Assembly (NCBI GenBank): GCA_049510745.1
Contig: JBEKYR010000012.1
Span: forward strand, 74,208-138,207
Reading direction: 5' to 3'
DNA: 64,000 nt
DNA from: Verrucomicrobiota bacterium
Lineage (GTDB): Bacteria > Verrucomicrobiota > Verrucomicrobiia > Limisphaerales > Palsa-1400
A program made the translations under genes and the position numbers. Shown one piece after another: positions 49,862 through 60,600 of the stretch. The notes beneath the pieces were generated by a model. That model saw only the letters and a program-made list of their open reading frames with translations. It was not told where the DNA came from and made no database searches. The first letter of the stretch is position 1; every line of letters begins with the position of its first letter.

Positions 49862-51163
49862 ATGAAGATTCTCAAATGGGCCGTGTTGGGCGGCGCGTTG
49901 TCCTTCGTTTTCGCCGGGTGCCTGGCGCGGCACGAGACCGGCTTTGTCCCGCTGTTCGACGGCAAAACGCTCCATGGCTGGACGGAAATGCACAAGACGC
50001 CCGGCCCTTCCTATTTTGTCACCAATGGCGTCATTGCGTCGCCCCCGAACGCGGCCAACGATCTGGTCACCGACCAGGCGTTTGGCGATTTTATTCTGCG
50101 CATGGATTTCAAATTGACTCCCGGCGCCAACAACGGGGTCGGCATCCGGGTCCCGTTCGAGACCAACGATCTGACTTATTCGGGCAACGAGGTGCAGATT
50201 CTCGATGATGACGACGCGCAATACGCGCACCTGGATCCGGGCCAGTATTGCGGTTCGCTTTACAAGGTTTTCCCCGCCAGGCGCGGCGCGCTGAACAAGG
50301 CGGGCGAGTGGAACCATTATGAAATCAGCGTTCTTGGCCGCCATATCGAAGTTGTGCTGAACGGCCAGACCATCGTGGACGGCAACATGAATGAGGTGAC
50401 GGACCGGGAAGTGTTGCGCGGCCATCCCGGCCTGTTGCGCGATCGCGGGCACATCGCGCTGCTGGGCCACTGGAGCTATTGCGAATTCCGCGACATTTTC
50501 ATCAAGGAATTTCCACGCGCCGAACGGGAGAACACGCCGCCGGAAGGGTTCACGGCTCTTTTTGACGGACACGATCTGGCCGGCTGGAAGGGCCTGGTCG
50601 CCGATCCTCCGGCGCGCGCGAAAATGCCGCCGGACGAGCTGGCCGCCGCCCAAGCCCGGGCCGACGAGCGGATGCGCGCGCATTGGAAGGCCGCCGGCGG
50701 CCTGCTGGTCTTCGACGGCCACGGCGACAACCTTTGCACGGCGCGCGATTACGGCGATTTCGAGATGTTGGTGGATTGGAAAATTCCGCCCAAGGGGGAC
50801 AGCGGCATTTATTTGCGCGGCACGCCGCAGGTGCAAATCTGGGAGACGAACAGCCCCGGACAATTCCCCGCGCCCGACGGCTCCGGGGGCCTCTGGAACA
50901 ACCGGAAGAATAACCGGCACCCGCTGAAATATGCCGATCACCCGGTCGGCCAGTGGAATCGGTTCCGCATTCTCATGGTGGGCGGGCAGGCGCATGTGTT
51001 TCTGAACGGAGAGTTGGTGGTGCGCGACACGACGCTGGAGAATTATTGGGAGCCGGACAAGCCGATTTATCCGACGGGCCAGATCGAATTGCAGAACCAC
51101 GGCGGGCCGCTTTGGTTCAAGAACATCTACCTCCGGGAAATCCCGCCCGCGCCGGCGCGATAA
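49862..51163 (+). CDS. Tandem DUF1080 (3-keto-glycoside hydrolase-like) lipoprotein
   Basis: FAG-C lipobox; two domains with LFDG..L.GW, N/DSG, VQI, G.I.L..H. Confidence 0.85.
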   Translation: MKILKWAVLGGALSFVFAGCLARHETGFVPLFDGKTLHGWTEMHKTPGPSYFVTNGVIASPPNAANDLVTDQAFGDFILRMDFKLTPGANNGVGIRVPFETNDLTYSGNEVQILDDDDAQYAHLDPGQYCGSLYKVFPARRGALNKAGEWNHYEISVLGRHIEVVLNGQTIVDGNMNEVTDREVLRGHPGLLRDRGHIALLGHWSYCEFRDIFIKEFPRAERENTPPEGFTALFDGHDLAGWKGLVADPPARAKMPPDELAAAQARADERMRAHWKAAGGLLVFDGHGDNLCTARDYGDFEMLVDWKIPPKGDSGIYLRGTPQVQIWETNSPGQFPAPDGSGGLWNNRKNNRHPLKYADHPVGQWNRFRILMVGGQAHVFLNGELVVRDTTLENYWEPDKPIYPTGQIELQNHGGPLWFKNIYLREIPPAPAR

Positions 51164-51282
51164 GGCATCGCGTCACGCGCTATCGGCGGCAAATAAACCG
51201 ACATGACTCCATCGTGCGGCGGGCTTGCCCGAAGCAAAGTTTGTTCTTGCGCGCGCCGTGTCTTTAATGTAGATACGTCAGA

Positions 51283-51525
51283 ATGAAAACGGCGGTTCAA
51301 AAATGGGGCAACAGCCTGGCCATCCGCATTCCGCGCGCCTTCGCCCAGGAAACCCGCCTGGACAGCGGCACCGAGGTTGATCTGCGGTTGAAATCGGGCA
51401 AGCTGGTAGTCAGCCGCCTGTCAAAGAAACGCGAGGGTTTGCGTTCGTTGCTCGACCGGGTTCGGAAGTCGAATCGGCATGGGGAAACCGACTGGGGCGG
51501 GCCGATGGGGCGGGAGGTTTGGTGA
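51283..51525 (+). CDS. mazE: MazE/AbrB-type antitoxin
   Basis: VQKWGNSLAIRIP...HGETDWG.PMGREVW. Confidence 0.9.
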   Translation: MKTAVQKWGNSLAIRIPRAFAQETRLDSGTEVDLRLKSGKLVVSRLSKKREGLRSLLDRVRKSNRHGETDWGGPMGREVW

Positions 51526-51554
51526 AGGCGGGATACTTTCCAAATTTTGATTGA
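51519..51554 (+). pseudogene. Probable remnant of the mazF 5' end
   Basis: TTG/GTG start overlapping the mazE stop gives (M)VKAGYFPNFD*, resembling MazF N-termini. Confidence 0.5.
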
Positions 51555-51605
51555 CGAACAAACAGACGACCCCGATCAAGTTTGATTATCTTATCCGGCG
51601 AATCC

Positions 51606-53249
51606 CTACGGCGTCGCCTTCTGTTTTCGGTAGCGGCGGATCAAGTTGTTCGTGGAACTGTCGTGCTTGAGCCGGGGGGTTGCCGGGCTTTCCAGTTCGG
51701 GAATGATGCGCTGGGCCAGCACCTTGCCCAACTCGACGCCCCACTGGTCGAACGAGTCCAGATTCCAAAGCACGCCCTGCGTGAAAACACTGTGCTCGTA
51801 AAGGGCGATCAGTTGGCCGAGCGTTTCCGGCGTGAGCCGCCCGGCGAGGATCATGTTCGACGGGCGGTTGCCCTCGAAGACGCGGTGCGGCGCCAGCCAG
51901 TCCGGCGTGCCCTCGGCTTTGACTTCGTCCAGCGTCTTGCCGAAAGCCAGCGCCTCGGCCTGGGCAAAGACGTTCGCCAAAAGGATGTCATGGTGCCGCC
52001 CCAGCGGGGTGAGCGCGTGGGCGAAGGCGATGAAGTCGCACGGGATGAGCCGGGTGCCCTGATGGATCAACTGGTAAAACGAATGTTGGCCGTTGGTGCC
52101 GGGTTCGCCCCAGTAGATCGGGCTGGTCTGGTAATTGATTTTCTTCCCGTCGAGCGTGACGTGCTTGCCGTTGCTCTCCATCGTCAACTGTTGCAGATAC
52201 GCCGGGAACCGCTTCAGATATTGCTCGTAGGGCAAAACCGCCACGCTCTCCGCGCCGAGGAAGTCGTTGTTCCAGACCGACAGCAGCCCCAGGAGGGCCG
52301 GCAGGTTTTTCTCGAACGGCGCGGCGCGAAAGTGCTCGTCCATCTGGTGAAATCCGTGGAGCATCGCGCGAAAGTTTTCCGGTCCTATGGCCAGCATCGT
52401 GGAAAGGCCGATGGCTGAGTCCATGGAGTAACGCCCGCCCACCCAGTCCCAGAATCCAAACATGTTGGCCGTGTCAATGCCGAAGGCGGAGACCTTTTCG
52501 GCATTGGTCGAAACCGCGACAAAGTGCTTGGCCACGGCCTTGGTGTCCGCGCCGCGTCCGGCCAGGAGCCAGGCGCGCGCGCTTTGGGCGTTGGTCATCG
52601 TCTCCAGCGTCGTGAAGGTTTTTGAAGAAACGATGAACAGTGTCTCGGCCGGATCAACGTCGCGGGTCGCCTCAACAAAATCGATGCCATCGACGTTGGA
52701 AACAAACCGGAACGCCAGGTTGCGCCGGCTGTAATGCTTGAGCGCTTCGCAGGCCATCACCGGGCCAAGATCGGAGCCGCCGATGCCGATGTTAATGACG
52801 TTGCGGATCGGCCTGCCGGTGTGGCCCTTCCACTGCCCGTCGCGAACGCGCCTCGAAAAGCCGGCCATCTTGTCAAGCACCGCGTGGACTTCCGGCACGA
52901 CGTTCCTGCCGTCCACGAAAATGGAAGCACCTTTGGGGGCGCGCAGGGCGACGTGCAGGACGGCGCGGTTTTCCGTCAGATTGATCCTGTCGCCCCGGAA
53001 CATGGCCTCCGTCCTCTCCCGCAAGCCGGACTCCTCCGCCAAATTGAAGAGCAGTTGGAGGGTTTCGTCGGTGACGCGGTTTTTCGAGTAGTCAAGAAAA
53101 AGGCCCGCCGCCTCGGCGGTCAGGCGCCGGCCGCGTTTGGGGTCCGCGGCGAAAAGCTGGCGGAGATGGACGGTTCGGACTTTCTGGAAGTGGCGGGCGA
53201 GGTCTTTCCAGGCCTTGCGTTTGGTCAAGGGTTGAACGGGGGCTTTCAT
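51606..53249 (-). CDS. pgi: Glucose-6-phosphate isomerase
   Basis: [56 protein letters not shown]. Confidence 0.98.
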   Translation of the reverse strand: MKAPVQPLTKRKAWKDLARHFQKVRTVHLRQLFAADPKRGRRLTAEAAGLFLDYSKNRVTDETLQLLFNLAEESGLRERTEAMFRGDRINLTENRAVLHVALRAPKGASIFVDGRNVVPEVHAVLDKMAGFSRRVRDGQWKGHTGRPIRNVINIGIGGSDLGPVMACEALKHYSRRNLAFRFVSNVDGIDFVEATRDVDPAETLFIVSSKTFTTLETMTNAQSARAWLLAGRGADTKAVAKHFVAVSTNAEKVSAFGIDTANMFGFWDWVGGRYSMDSAIGLSTMLAIGPENFRAMLHGFHQMDEHFRAAPFEKNLPALLGLLSVWNNDFLGAESVAVLPYEQYLKRFPAYLQQLTMESNGKHVTLDGKKINYQTSPIYWGEPGTNGQHSFYQLIHQGTRLIPCDFIAFAHALTPLGRHHDILLANVFAQAEALAFGKTLDEVKAEGTPDWLAPHRVFEGNRPSNMILAGRLTPETLGQLIALYEHSVFTQGVLWNLDSFDQWGVELGKVLAQRIIPELESPATPRLKHDSSTNNLIRRYRKQKATP

Positions 53250-53250
53250 G

Positions 53251-53691
53251 TCAAAGGATTTTCTCCACTATTTCCACGACCGTTTGCACACAGCCTTTGC
53301 AGGTCTTGTGCAGGAGATCGTTCTCCTTGAAGTATCGCTGTCCGCTTGGGGTGTTGAGGTCGCACCCGTTGAGCAAGGTGCGGCAGAGGCATGTGCCGTG
53401 CTTGGATTCAAATTGCGACATGAGTTCCCGCACCTTCCGATAGGTTTCCTCAGTCACCGTCCTCTCCTGTCCCTCGCCGCGTCCGTGCTTGAGTCCGAGG
53501 GTGATTATGCCCCCGCTGATCGCGCCGCAAACCTCTTGCTTTCGCGCCATCCCGGCCCCGAACCCGCAGGCCAGTCTCAGGGCGGTATCCTTATTGACGC
53601 CGAGATCATCGCAAAACGAGTAGAGAACCGCTTGCGCGCAGTTGTAGCCGGAGAGAAACTTCTCCGCGGCAATATCACTTCTTGTGCTCAT
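53251..53691 (-). CDS. C-GCAxxG-C-C family putative redox protein
   Basis: [20 protein letters not shown], further Cys residues. Confidence 0.88.
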   Translation of the reverse strand: MSTRSDIAAEKFLSGYNCAQAVLYSFCDDLGVNKDTALRLACGFGAGMARKQEVCGAISGGIITLGLKHGRGEGQERTVTEETYRKVRELMSQFESKHGTCLCRTLLNGCDLNTPSGQRYFKENDLLHKTCKGCVQTVVEIVEKIL

Positions 53692-53849
53692 AGGATTCCT
53701 TGCTCCGAACAGGTATTGAGCGGCGAAAACGCCGCACCGGGAGAAGATGTGGAGGCGGCGGCGCGGAATCAAGCGTGAAGTGCGATTTCGTTTCTTTATC
53801 CCCTTGCAAAAATCGCTTCCCTTTCGCATCGGCCTGTGCGAAAAGAGGA

Positions 53850-53925
53850 ACGGCAATGGGGTTTGCCGTCTCGCTTTGTGGCGGGAGAACCGCCTGAGAG
53901 GCTTTCAGAGCTGATGACTCCTGCC
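53850..53925 (+). ncRNA. Fluoride (crcB) riboswitch
   Basis: GGCAATGGGGTTTGCC...AACCGCC...GCTGATGACTCCTGC matches the motif consensus and sits directly upstream of crcB. Confidence 0.9.
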
Positions 53926-53953
53926 GAGAGAAAGGCTGTCGGTAGGATTTTTT

Positions 53954-54352
53954 ATGCTCAATTATCTGGCTGTGGGTGTGGGCGGCGCGCTTGGGAGTGT
54001 CGGACGTTTCTGGTTGAACGGCCTGATTTCCCGCCGGTTTGGAGAAACGTTTCCTTTCGGCACGCTCTTCATCAACGTCTCCGGCTCATTCCTCATCGCT
54101 TTCTTTGCGACCATGACCGCGCCGGAAGGGCGAATACTGGTTTCCCCAACGTTCCGCACTTTCTTCATGATCGACATTTGCGGCGGCTACACGACCTTTT
54201 CTTCGTTCAGCCTGCAAACCCTCAACCTGGCTCTGGACGGTGAATGGCTTTACGCGGGCGCCAACACGGTGCTGTCCGTGGTGCTGTGCCTGGCGGCGGC
54301 GTGGCTGGGCTACGTGGCGGCCCTGGCCATCAAACCAATGAAAGGACATTGA
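53954..54352 (+). CDS. crcB: Fluoride channel Fluc/CrcB
   Basis: GGALGSVGR, FPFGTLFINVSGSF, GGYTTFSSF. Confidence 0.95.
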   Translation: MLNYLAVGVGGALGSVGRFWLNGLISRRFGETFPFGTLFINVSGSFLIAFFATMTAPEGRILVSPTFRTFFMIDICGGYTTFSSFSLQTLNLALDGEWLYAGANTVLSVVLCLAAAWLGYVAALAIKPMKGH

Positions 54353-54353
54353 C

Positions 54354-54701
54354 ATGCAAATTCCTCATGACGCGACGCTGCTGCGAATTTTTATCGGCGA
54401 GAGCGACCGCTGGCATCATCAACCGCTCTACGAAGCGCTGGTGCTCAAAGCGCGCGAGAAACACCTGGCCGGCGCCACGGTGCTGCGCGGCCCGATGGGC
54501 TTCGGCAAATCCAGCCTGCTGCACACGGCCAAGATTCTCCGGCTCTCGCTGGATTTGCCGCTGGTGATCGAGATCGTGGACAGCGAGGAAAAAATCAACG
54601 GCTTCCTGCCTGTGCTCGACGAGATGATTCAAGGCGGTTTGGTCACGCTGGAAAAGGTGCGGGTGATTGACTACCGCGCCGCCGAACCGCCAAAGACTTA
54701 A
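54354..54701 (+). CDS. DUF190 (PII-like) protein
   Basis: LRIFIGESD, GATVLRG.MGFG, DLPLVIEIVD. Confidence 0.92.
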   Translation: MQIPHDATLLRIFIGESDRWHHQPLYEALVLKAREKHLAGATVLRGPMGFGKSSLLHTAKILRLSLDLPLVIEIVDSEEKINGFLPVLDEMIQGGLVTLEKVRVIDYRAAEPPKT

Positions 54702-54758
54702 ACCTCCAGAAATCTCCAGCCGGGAAAGTCTTGCATCTTCCCGTGGAACGCCCTCCCT

Positions 54759-55979
54759 ATGAACTCCAGCCCTCCCGCTCCTCCAGGCCGCCCGCCGGTT
54801 CGCTGGCTCAATCGCACCGTGCTCGGCATCGGCCTGGCGTCGCTGTTCAGCGATTGGTCGCATGAAACCGCCACGGCGGTCATGCCCGCGTTCCTGGCGA
54901 CGATGGGCGCGGCGGCCGCATGGCTGGGGCTGATCGAAGGAGTTTCAGACGGCTTGTCCAGTTTCGCCAAAATGGGTTCCGGCTTTTACACAGACAAATT
55001 GCAGCGGCGCAAACCCATTGCCGTCATCGGCTATCTCGTGACCGCGCTCGGTACGGCGTCCTTTGCTTTGGCCACCGCCGCCTGGCACGTCCTGCTCGCC
55101 CGGGCGTTCGCCTGGCTCGGACGCGGGGTGCGCACGCCCGTCCGCAAGGCCCTGCTCGCCGGAGCGGTGACGCGGGAGACTTACGGACGCGCCTTTGGCT
55201 TCGAGCGGATGATGGACACGATGGGCGCCATCGTCGGACCCGCCAGCGCGTTCTGGCTGCTCCAGGCCCTGAACCATCGTTACTCGACACTCTTTGCCCT
55301 GACGCTCATCCCCAGCCTCATCGCCGCCGGACTCATCGCGTTTCTGGTGAAGGAAAAGGAGCGCGCGCCGGTCCCGCACATTTCGCTTGGAGAACGATTG
55401 CGTCTGCTGCCGGCCGCGTATCGCAAAATGTTGCTCGGCGTGGGTTTGTTCGGCCTGGGCGCGTTTGCCCACACGCTGCTCATTCTCCTGGCCGCGCAAA
55501 AACTGGCGCCCAGACTGGGCGCGACCAAAGCGGCGAGCCTGGCGGTGGGACTTTACGTGCTGCACAATGTTTTTTACGCCTCGTTCGCGTTTATCGGCGG
55601 CTGGCTCGGCGATCGATTTCCCAAAAACCGCCTGCTGGCCCTCGGTTACTCGCTGTCTGCCGTCATGTCGCTTTGCATCATCACGCTGCCGGCCAACCTC
55701 GGCACGCTGGCCTTGATCTTCATCCTCGGCGGAACCAACGTCGCGCTCGAAGAAACCCTGGAAGACTCCCTCTGCGCGGAACTCGTGGCTGAAGAACATC
55801 GCGGCATCGCGTTCGGCGCCCTGTCCACGGTCAACGGCGCGGGCGACTTCCTTTCCAGCATGATCGTGGGCGCGTTGTGGACGGCGTTTGGAACCGGCGT
55901 GGCCTTCGGCTACAGCGCGGTGTTGTCGGCCCTTGGCGCGCTGCTGATAATGCGGCTGCGCGCCGGCGAAACGCAATAG
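54759..55979 (+). CDS. MFS transporter
   Basis: About 12 hydrophobic segments, GRGVRTPVR, GRAFGFER.MDT. Confidence 0.9.
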   Translation: MNSSPPAPPGRPPVRWLNRTVLGIGLASLFSDWSHETATAVMPAFLATMGAAAAWLGLIEGVSDGLSSFAKMGSGFYTDKLQRRKPIAVIGYLVTALGTASFALATAAWHVLLARAFAWLGRGVRTPVRKALLAGAVTRETYGRAFGFERMMDTMGAIVGPASAFWLLQALNHRYSTLFALTLIPSLIAAGLIAFLVKEKERAPVPHISLGERLRLLPAAYRKMLLGVGLFGLGAFAHTLLILLAAQKLAPRLGATKAASLAVGLYVLHNVFYASFAFIGGWLGDRFPKNRLLALGYSLSAVMSLCIITLPANLGTLALIFILGGTNVALEETLEDSLCAELVAEEHRGIAFGALSTVNGAGDFLSSMIVGALWTAFGTGVAFGYSAVLSALGALLIMRLRAGETQ

Positions 55980-56006
55980 TTGACGAATCGACAATGACAG
56001 ATTCAA

Positions 56007-56030
56007 AATTTTCAATTTTCAATTTTCAAT
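56007..56030. repeat. Heptamer tandem repeat (AATTTTC) x3
   Basis: aattttcaattttcaattttcaat. Confidence 0.7.
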
Positions 56031-56135
56031 TCCTCTCCGCTCCACGTTTAGAGCATCAGTCGCGTTCAGAGACGAGCAAGGAATCCCGATTTTCGCCTCG
56101 CTCCAGCGGGGCGGCGGCGCCACAATTGCCCCGTT

Positions 56136-57227
56136 ATGAACAGTCCTGCCACCGCTCAACCGCATCTATTTCAACCGCTGACCATTAAATCGGTCACGCT
56201 GCGCAATCGCATCGGCGTGTCGCCGATGTGCCAGTATTCGTCCGTGGACGGGGTGGCGACGGACTGGCATCTGGTGCATCTGGGAGCGCGCGCGGTGGGC
56301 GGGGCGGGATTGGTCATCGCCGAAGCCACTGCCGTTTCACCCGAAGGCCGCATCACGCCCGGCGACGCCGGCCTCTGGGCGGACAAGCACATCGAGCCGA
56401 TCGCCCGCGTCAACCGTTTCCTCAAGGAACACGGCGCCGTGCCGGCCATCCAGATCGCGCACGCGGGCCGCAAGGCCTCGGCGGCGCGCCCGTGGGAAGG
56501 CGAGGCGCAACTGGCGGACAAGGCCGGCGGCTGGGAAACCATCGCCCCCAGCGCGCTCGCCTTCGGCGGTCATTTGCCAAAGGTCCCGCGCGCCATGACC
56601 GAGGCGGACATCGCCCGCGTGCAAAATGAATTTGTCGCGGCGGCCAAACGCTCGCTGGCGGCGGGTTGCGAGTTCCTGGAATTGCATTCGGCCCACGGTT
56701 ACCTGAGCCACGAATTTCTTTCGCCGCTGACAAACCAGCGGACGGATCGTTACGGCGGCAGCTTCGAGAACCGCATCCGCTTTCTGCTGGAAACGACCCG
56801 CGCCGTGCGGGCGGTGTGGCCGGACCGACTGCCGTTTGCGGTGCGGATTTCCTGCACCGATTGGGTGGCCGGCGGCTGGGACATCGAGCAAAGCATCGAG
56901 TTGGCGCGGCGATTGAAGGCCGAGGGCGTGGACCTGATGGATTGCAGTTCGGGCGGAACCGTGCCGGACGCAAAAGTTCCCGTGGGCGCGGGTTATCAGG
57001 TGCCATTCGCCGAACGCATTCGGCGTGAAGCGGGCCTTTTGACGGCGGCGGTCGGCTGCCTCACGGAGCCGGCGCACGCGGACGAAATCATCCGCAACGG
57101 ACGGGCGGACGTGGTGCTGCTGGCGCGGGAATTTTTGCGGGAGCCATACTGGCCGCGCCGGGCCGCGCGCGCCTTGGGGCAGAAGGAAGCGGTTCCTGGG
57201 CCGGTGCAATACCGCAGAGGGTGGTAA
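56136..57227 (+). CDS. NADH:flavin oxidoreductase (Old Yellow Enzyme, YqjM/NamA-like)
   Basis: SPMCQYS, QIAHAGRKAS, HSAHGYL, RTDRYGGSFENR. Confidence 0.93.
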   Translation: MNSPATAQPHLFQPLTIKSVTLRNRIGVSPMCQYSSVDGVATDWHLVHLGARAVGGAGLVIAEATAVSPEGRITPGDAGLWADKHIEPIARVNRFLKEHGAVPAIQIAHAGRKASAARPWEGEAQLADKAGGWETIAPSALAFGGHLPKVPRAMTEADIARVQNEFVAAAKRSLAAGCEFLELHSAHGYLSHEFLSPLTNQRTDRYGGSFENRIRFLLETTRAVRAVWPDRLPFAVRISCTDWVAGGWDIEQSIELARRLKAEGVDLMDCSSGGTVPDAKVPVGAGYQVPFAERIRREAGLLTAAVGCLTEPAHADEIIRNGRADVVLLAREFLREPYWPRRAARALGQKEAVPGPVQYRRGW

Positions 57228-57412
57228 ACGGCGTCTGCATGCCGCGCATGCGGTTAAAGATGACTGGTGGAAAATTGTTCCTCGTTTAAGCCCTCCTTCG
57301 CTCGCTGACGCAAGCTACGGCGGGCAGCCTCCGCCTTTCATATCGACGATTAAAAACCGTTCGCAATCATTTTGAAAGCCGGCTTGCCAGCCGCAGCGCG
57401 AAGCGCGGAGGC

Positions 57413-57433
57413 TGGAGCCAGTTGTCGGGCTCG
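57413..57433 (-). mobile_element. Duplicated tRNA 3' end (att core, probably tRNA-Thr) marking the left boundary of an integrated element
   Basis: Minus strand CGAGC-CCGAC-AACTGGC-T-CCA = half T-loop, T-stem, acceptor 3' strand, discriminator and CCA, with no matching 5' half. Confidence 0.7.
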
Positions 57434-57591
57434 GGCTGTTTTGCCGGTCTGGCCCTCCATTCGGAAACTGCACCAAATGAAGAGGTTGCGAACAAAATCC
57501 GCACTGCATTTACGAGGGAAAATATGCCTCGAAGTCATGTAGAATTCAAGAGAATTCTGCAACTATTTTTTGTAATCCGTCACTACTCGTT

Positions 57592-57624
57592 TGGTGTCCA
57601 TTTTGGTGTCCAAAATGGTGTCCA
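57592..57624. repeat. TGGTGTCCA x3 at a 12-bp period, possible integrase arm-type sites
   Basis: Copies at 57592, 57604 and 57616, about 160 bp inside the att core. Confidence 0.6.
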
Positions 57625-57979
57625 TATTCGGATGACCGGCAAGAATTCCGGCAGCTTTTAGGGGGTAATTGAACGAAGCGCGATACGCGCGGTCGGGATT
57701 TAGACTTTGCATCAATCGCTCTCAGCCGCCACGACTGGCGGCACTCTGCGAACTTCTGGACACGCGATGAGCCTTCTGGAACACTTAGTCGCTGTGAAAG
57801 ACGATGTTCGCTACTGTGAATTCCTGTTTCTCTGCGAGACAGAAAAACATCCATTGAAGTGGGTTAACGTCAACGACGCGAGGGAACAACAGGCGGTCGG
57901 ATTGCAACAGACGATGTATGCCGAAATGGTCATGTCCATGCTCGAAGATTTATATGTGCATCCCAACCAAGGCGAGATT

Positions 57980-59860
57980 TTAGGTCTTGCTCGTCAGGTG
58001 CGCCGAGAAACTCTGCGCAATCCAGGCATCGCCCGGCACGACCTGTTCACGAAACTTATCAGCGGCCTTTATCAATTTCGCATCACCGACACGCAGGCCG
58101 CAACAAAACAAGAGCGTCAAACCGATCTGAACAGTGTGAGAGCGCAATGGAGTGGACTTCCTGTTTTCCAGTTGTGCGGCAGTCGCCAGCACGCGTGCCA
58201 TTTCCTCTGTGGACACCAGACGTGGCAATCGTGCAGATGATGGTTTTCGGAAAGGGGTCTGGTCGGGCACGAAGCAGCGCGGGTGTTGGCGGGCGTAATG
58301 CACGAGAAAACCTCGGACGCAATACCAGTAATTGCGTTGCGTCTTGGCAGCGAGATGGGATTTGGTCTTGGCCCAGAGGCAGTAGCACTCACGGTTGAGG
58401 GTTTTCACTTTTTGCCGATAAAGAAAAGCATCCCAGTCCCGCAGAACGCCCTCCTCCTCGGCGTACTTGCAGCCCAGCGTTCGCCGGGTGTCGATGTATT
58501 GCTTTATGGACTCGCCAAACGCGCTGCGAAAGCGTGACTGCGAACGGGGTCGTGGCCCCATTTGCACACGGACTTTCGGAAAACGCGCGTGCCAGTCTCC
58601 TGTCAACAAAGGCATGGCTTGGACTGGCTTGGGAACTGGCAATCCCGCCTTGCGCAAATCATCGACGTTCAGCCGCAGATATTGGGCGGTACTCGTCAAG
58701 TTGCGGTGTCCTAACGTGTCTCCGATACACTTCATGGATACCCCGCGCCGGAGAAAATGTACGGCCAGTGAATGACGCAGGGTATGTGGGCTAACGCGAC
58801 CGAGTTCCAGCCCACTGTGCTTGAGCCGATTTTGCAGGATGACATTTACTGCCCAGGGAAGCAGCGGCCCCTCCGGAGCCCGCGACCGCAAGAACAACTC
58901 TCGCCGACTGCTGCGCGGTCTGGCTTTGCGCAGATAACGCGCCAGCACATCGCCCGCCTCGTCGGTCAAAGGAAGCGACAGCGCCTGCCGTGTTTTGGCC
59001 TGTTTTACATGCAGAACGCCGTTGCGCCAGTCGATGCTTTCCAAGCGCAACCCGACCACATCACTGCGGCGCAATCCATAAAGCGCGATCAGAAAGAGCA
59101 TCGTAAAGTCACGCAGACCGGCGGGACTCGTTTTATCAATCGAGCGCAGCAATGCTCTCACCTGTTCCCTTGTCAGCGCACACGGCAACCGTTCCCCGGC
59201 GTACACCCGTGGTGTGTCGAGTTGCTCATGCAGGGGACGGGGCAAGGTTCCTTGAGAGAACTCAAATCGGAGGAACGCCCGTAGCGTGAGGACGACGTTG
59301 AGCAGACTGTGCCGGTCGTGTGTCCGGGCCATCTGCTGCACAAAGCGTTCGATCTGACTATGTTCAAGCTGGGTCAAGGCCGACTGTTTGCGGTCGTAAC
59401 CGATAGACTCCAAGAATCGAACCACGCACCGGTGGTGATCCACAATGGTACTTTCTGCCAATCCACGCACTTCCCGCAGATGCGTCGCATAACACCCAGC
59501 TTCCTTTTGCGACGGCGACAGCACGGCTGGCTTGGGGGCTGGCAGCGCGTGCCGATCACAGAGAAAACGGTGTAACGCTTGACCGGCCCACCGGGCATTG
59601 TCATCGCGAGGGCGGAAATACGCATCCGCCGCCGTCAGCACTTCCGGGGTTATCTGCGCCCTGGAGGCAATCCGCCGCCGTCGCAGCCAGTGGTCAATCA
59701 CATACGCGCCTTGAGACATTCCTCGAATGGTGCGTCGAGTGTAACCCTGTGACTGGAGCCACTCGGCAAAGCCCTCCATCACGGGGCCGAAGACAGGCAG
59801 GCTTGAATACCTGACGTGGTTAAGAGGAAAGACATGTTTTAAAAGAGAAGTGTTTTTCAT
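57980..59860 (-). pseudogene. Fused tyrosine recombinases (complete RitA-like plus truncated RitB-like)
   Basis: First unit YGLRRSD, KQAK, HTLRHS, LGH, QY; second unit FRSAF..YI..RR.LG.KY..CGLRVG, then similarity ends near 58084. Confidence 0.8.
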
Positions 59861-59897
59861 TCCCCACATCCCAAACGCCGCGCCACCCAAGCGTCAA

Positions 59898-60010
59898 TAA
59901 TGTTGCATTGAACTCCCCCGTATCGCCTTTGATTATCGAAGTCAACCCACGGCTACGCAACATTACTGATCGCTCAACATTAATGCTGTTATGTTAAACT
60001 TCACATAACA
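59898..60010. mobile_element. RIT-like element end (recombinase binding repeats)
   Basis: TAATGTTG (59898), CAACATTA (59958, 59975), palindromic TGTTATGT-taaactt-CACATAACA (59987-60010). Confidence 0.6.
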
Positions 60011-60395
60011 TCATTACGGTGATGGCGGGTTGCGGGTCGTCCACGTCCAGGGCGCCGCAAGTGGCGATCAGTTTCACCAGCCGGGGGCGGCGGTTGTCGT
60101 TGCGCACGTAAAGCGCAAACGGCAGGCGTGTTTGACCGGGGCTTGTCTTGCGGATGGCGTGCCGCAAGAGCGTCAGGACATCCCAAAGGCGTCCGGCTTC
60201 GTCCTGGCCAGCCACGTCGGGCGGCACGGTCACGTAAACGTCATAAACGGCGCGGGTGAGAAAGACCGGAAAGCGGATTCCGGCTTCCTGCGCGGTCTTG
60301 GTCACTTCGACTTGAAAACCGTCGGCGACGGCGTGGGCGCGGGTGTAGGTGTAAATCACTTCGCCAAAAGGCGAGTCGTTTTCATTCGTGTTCAT
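59994..60395 (-). CDS. DUF6573-like protein, C-terminus altered by the insertion
   Basis: IYTYTRA.AVADG, AQEAGIRFPVFLTRAV, QDEAGRLWDVL, PAITVM. Confidence 0.7.
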   Translation of the reverse strand: MNTNENDSPFGEVIYTYTRAHAVADGFQVEVTKTAQEAGIRFPVFLTRAVYDVYVTVPPDVAGQDEAGRLWDVLTLLRHAIRKTSPGQTRLPFALYVRNDNRRPRLVKLIATCGALDVDDPQPAITVMMLCEV

Positions 60396-60399
60396 GGTG

Positions 60400-60594
60400 T
60401 TAGTGTTTGCGTGATGGTGGGGTGAACAGCGCCGCCTGCGCCTTCTCCGCAAGTCTGTGGGCGCGGTTTGCCTCGTCGCGTTCACGGGCAAGACGGTCTC
60501 CGTCGAGTCCGGTTTCCTGCATCAAGGTGAACGTGTCGGGGACAAAACCAAACTCGTGTTGCGGAATCGCCAAGCGGCGTCTGTTTCGTTTCAT
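60400..60594 (-). CDS. Small hypothetical protein (island)
   Basis: Co-oriented with neighbours, short intergenic gaps. Confidence 0.55.
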   Translation of the reverse strand: MKRNRRRLAIPQHEFGFVPDTFTLMQETGLDGDRLARERDEANRAHRLAEKAQAALFTPPSRKH

Positions 60595-60600
60595 GGCGTG

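Noticed and set aside
57707..58240. 177-aa plus-strand ORF as an intact gene
   Set aside because: Its 3' part is antisense to the recombinase beyond the ~58084 junction, so it is probably a chimeric fragment
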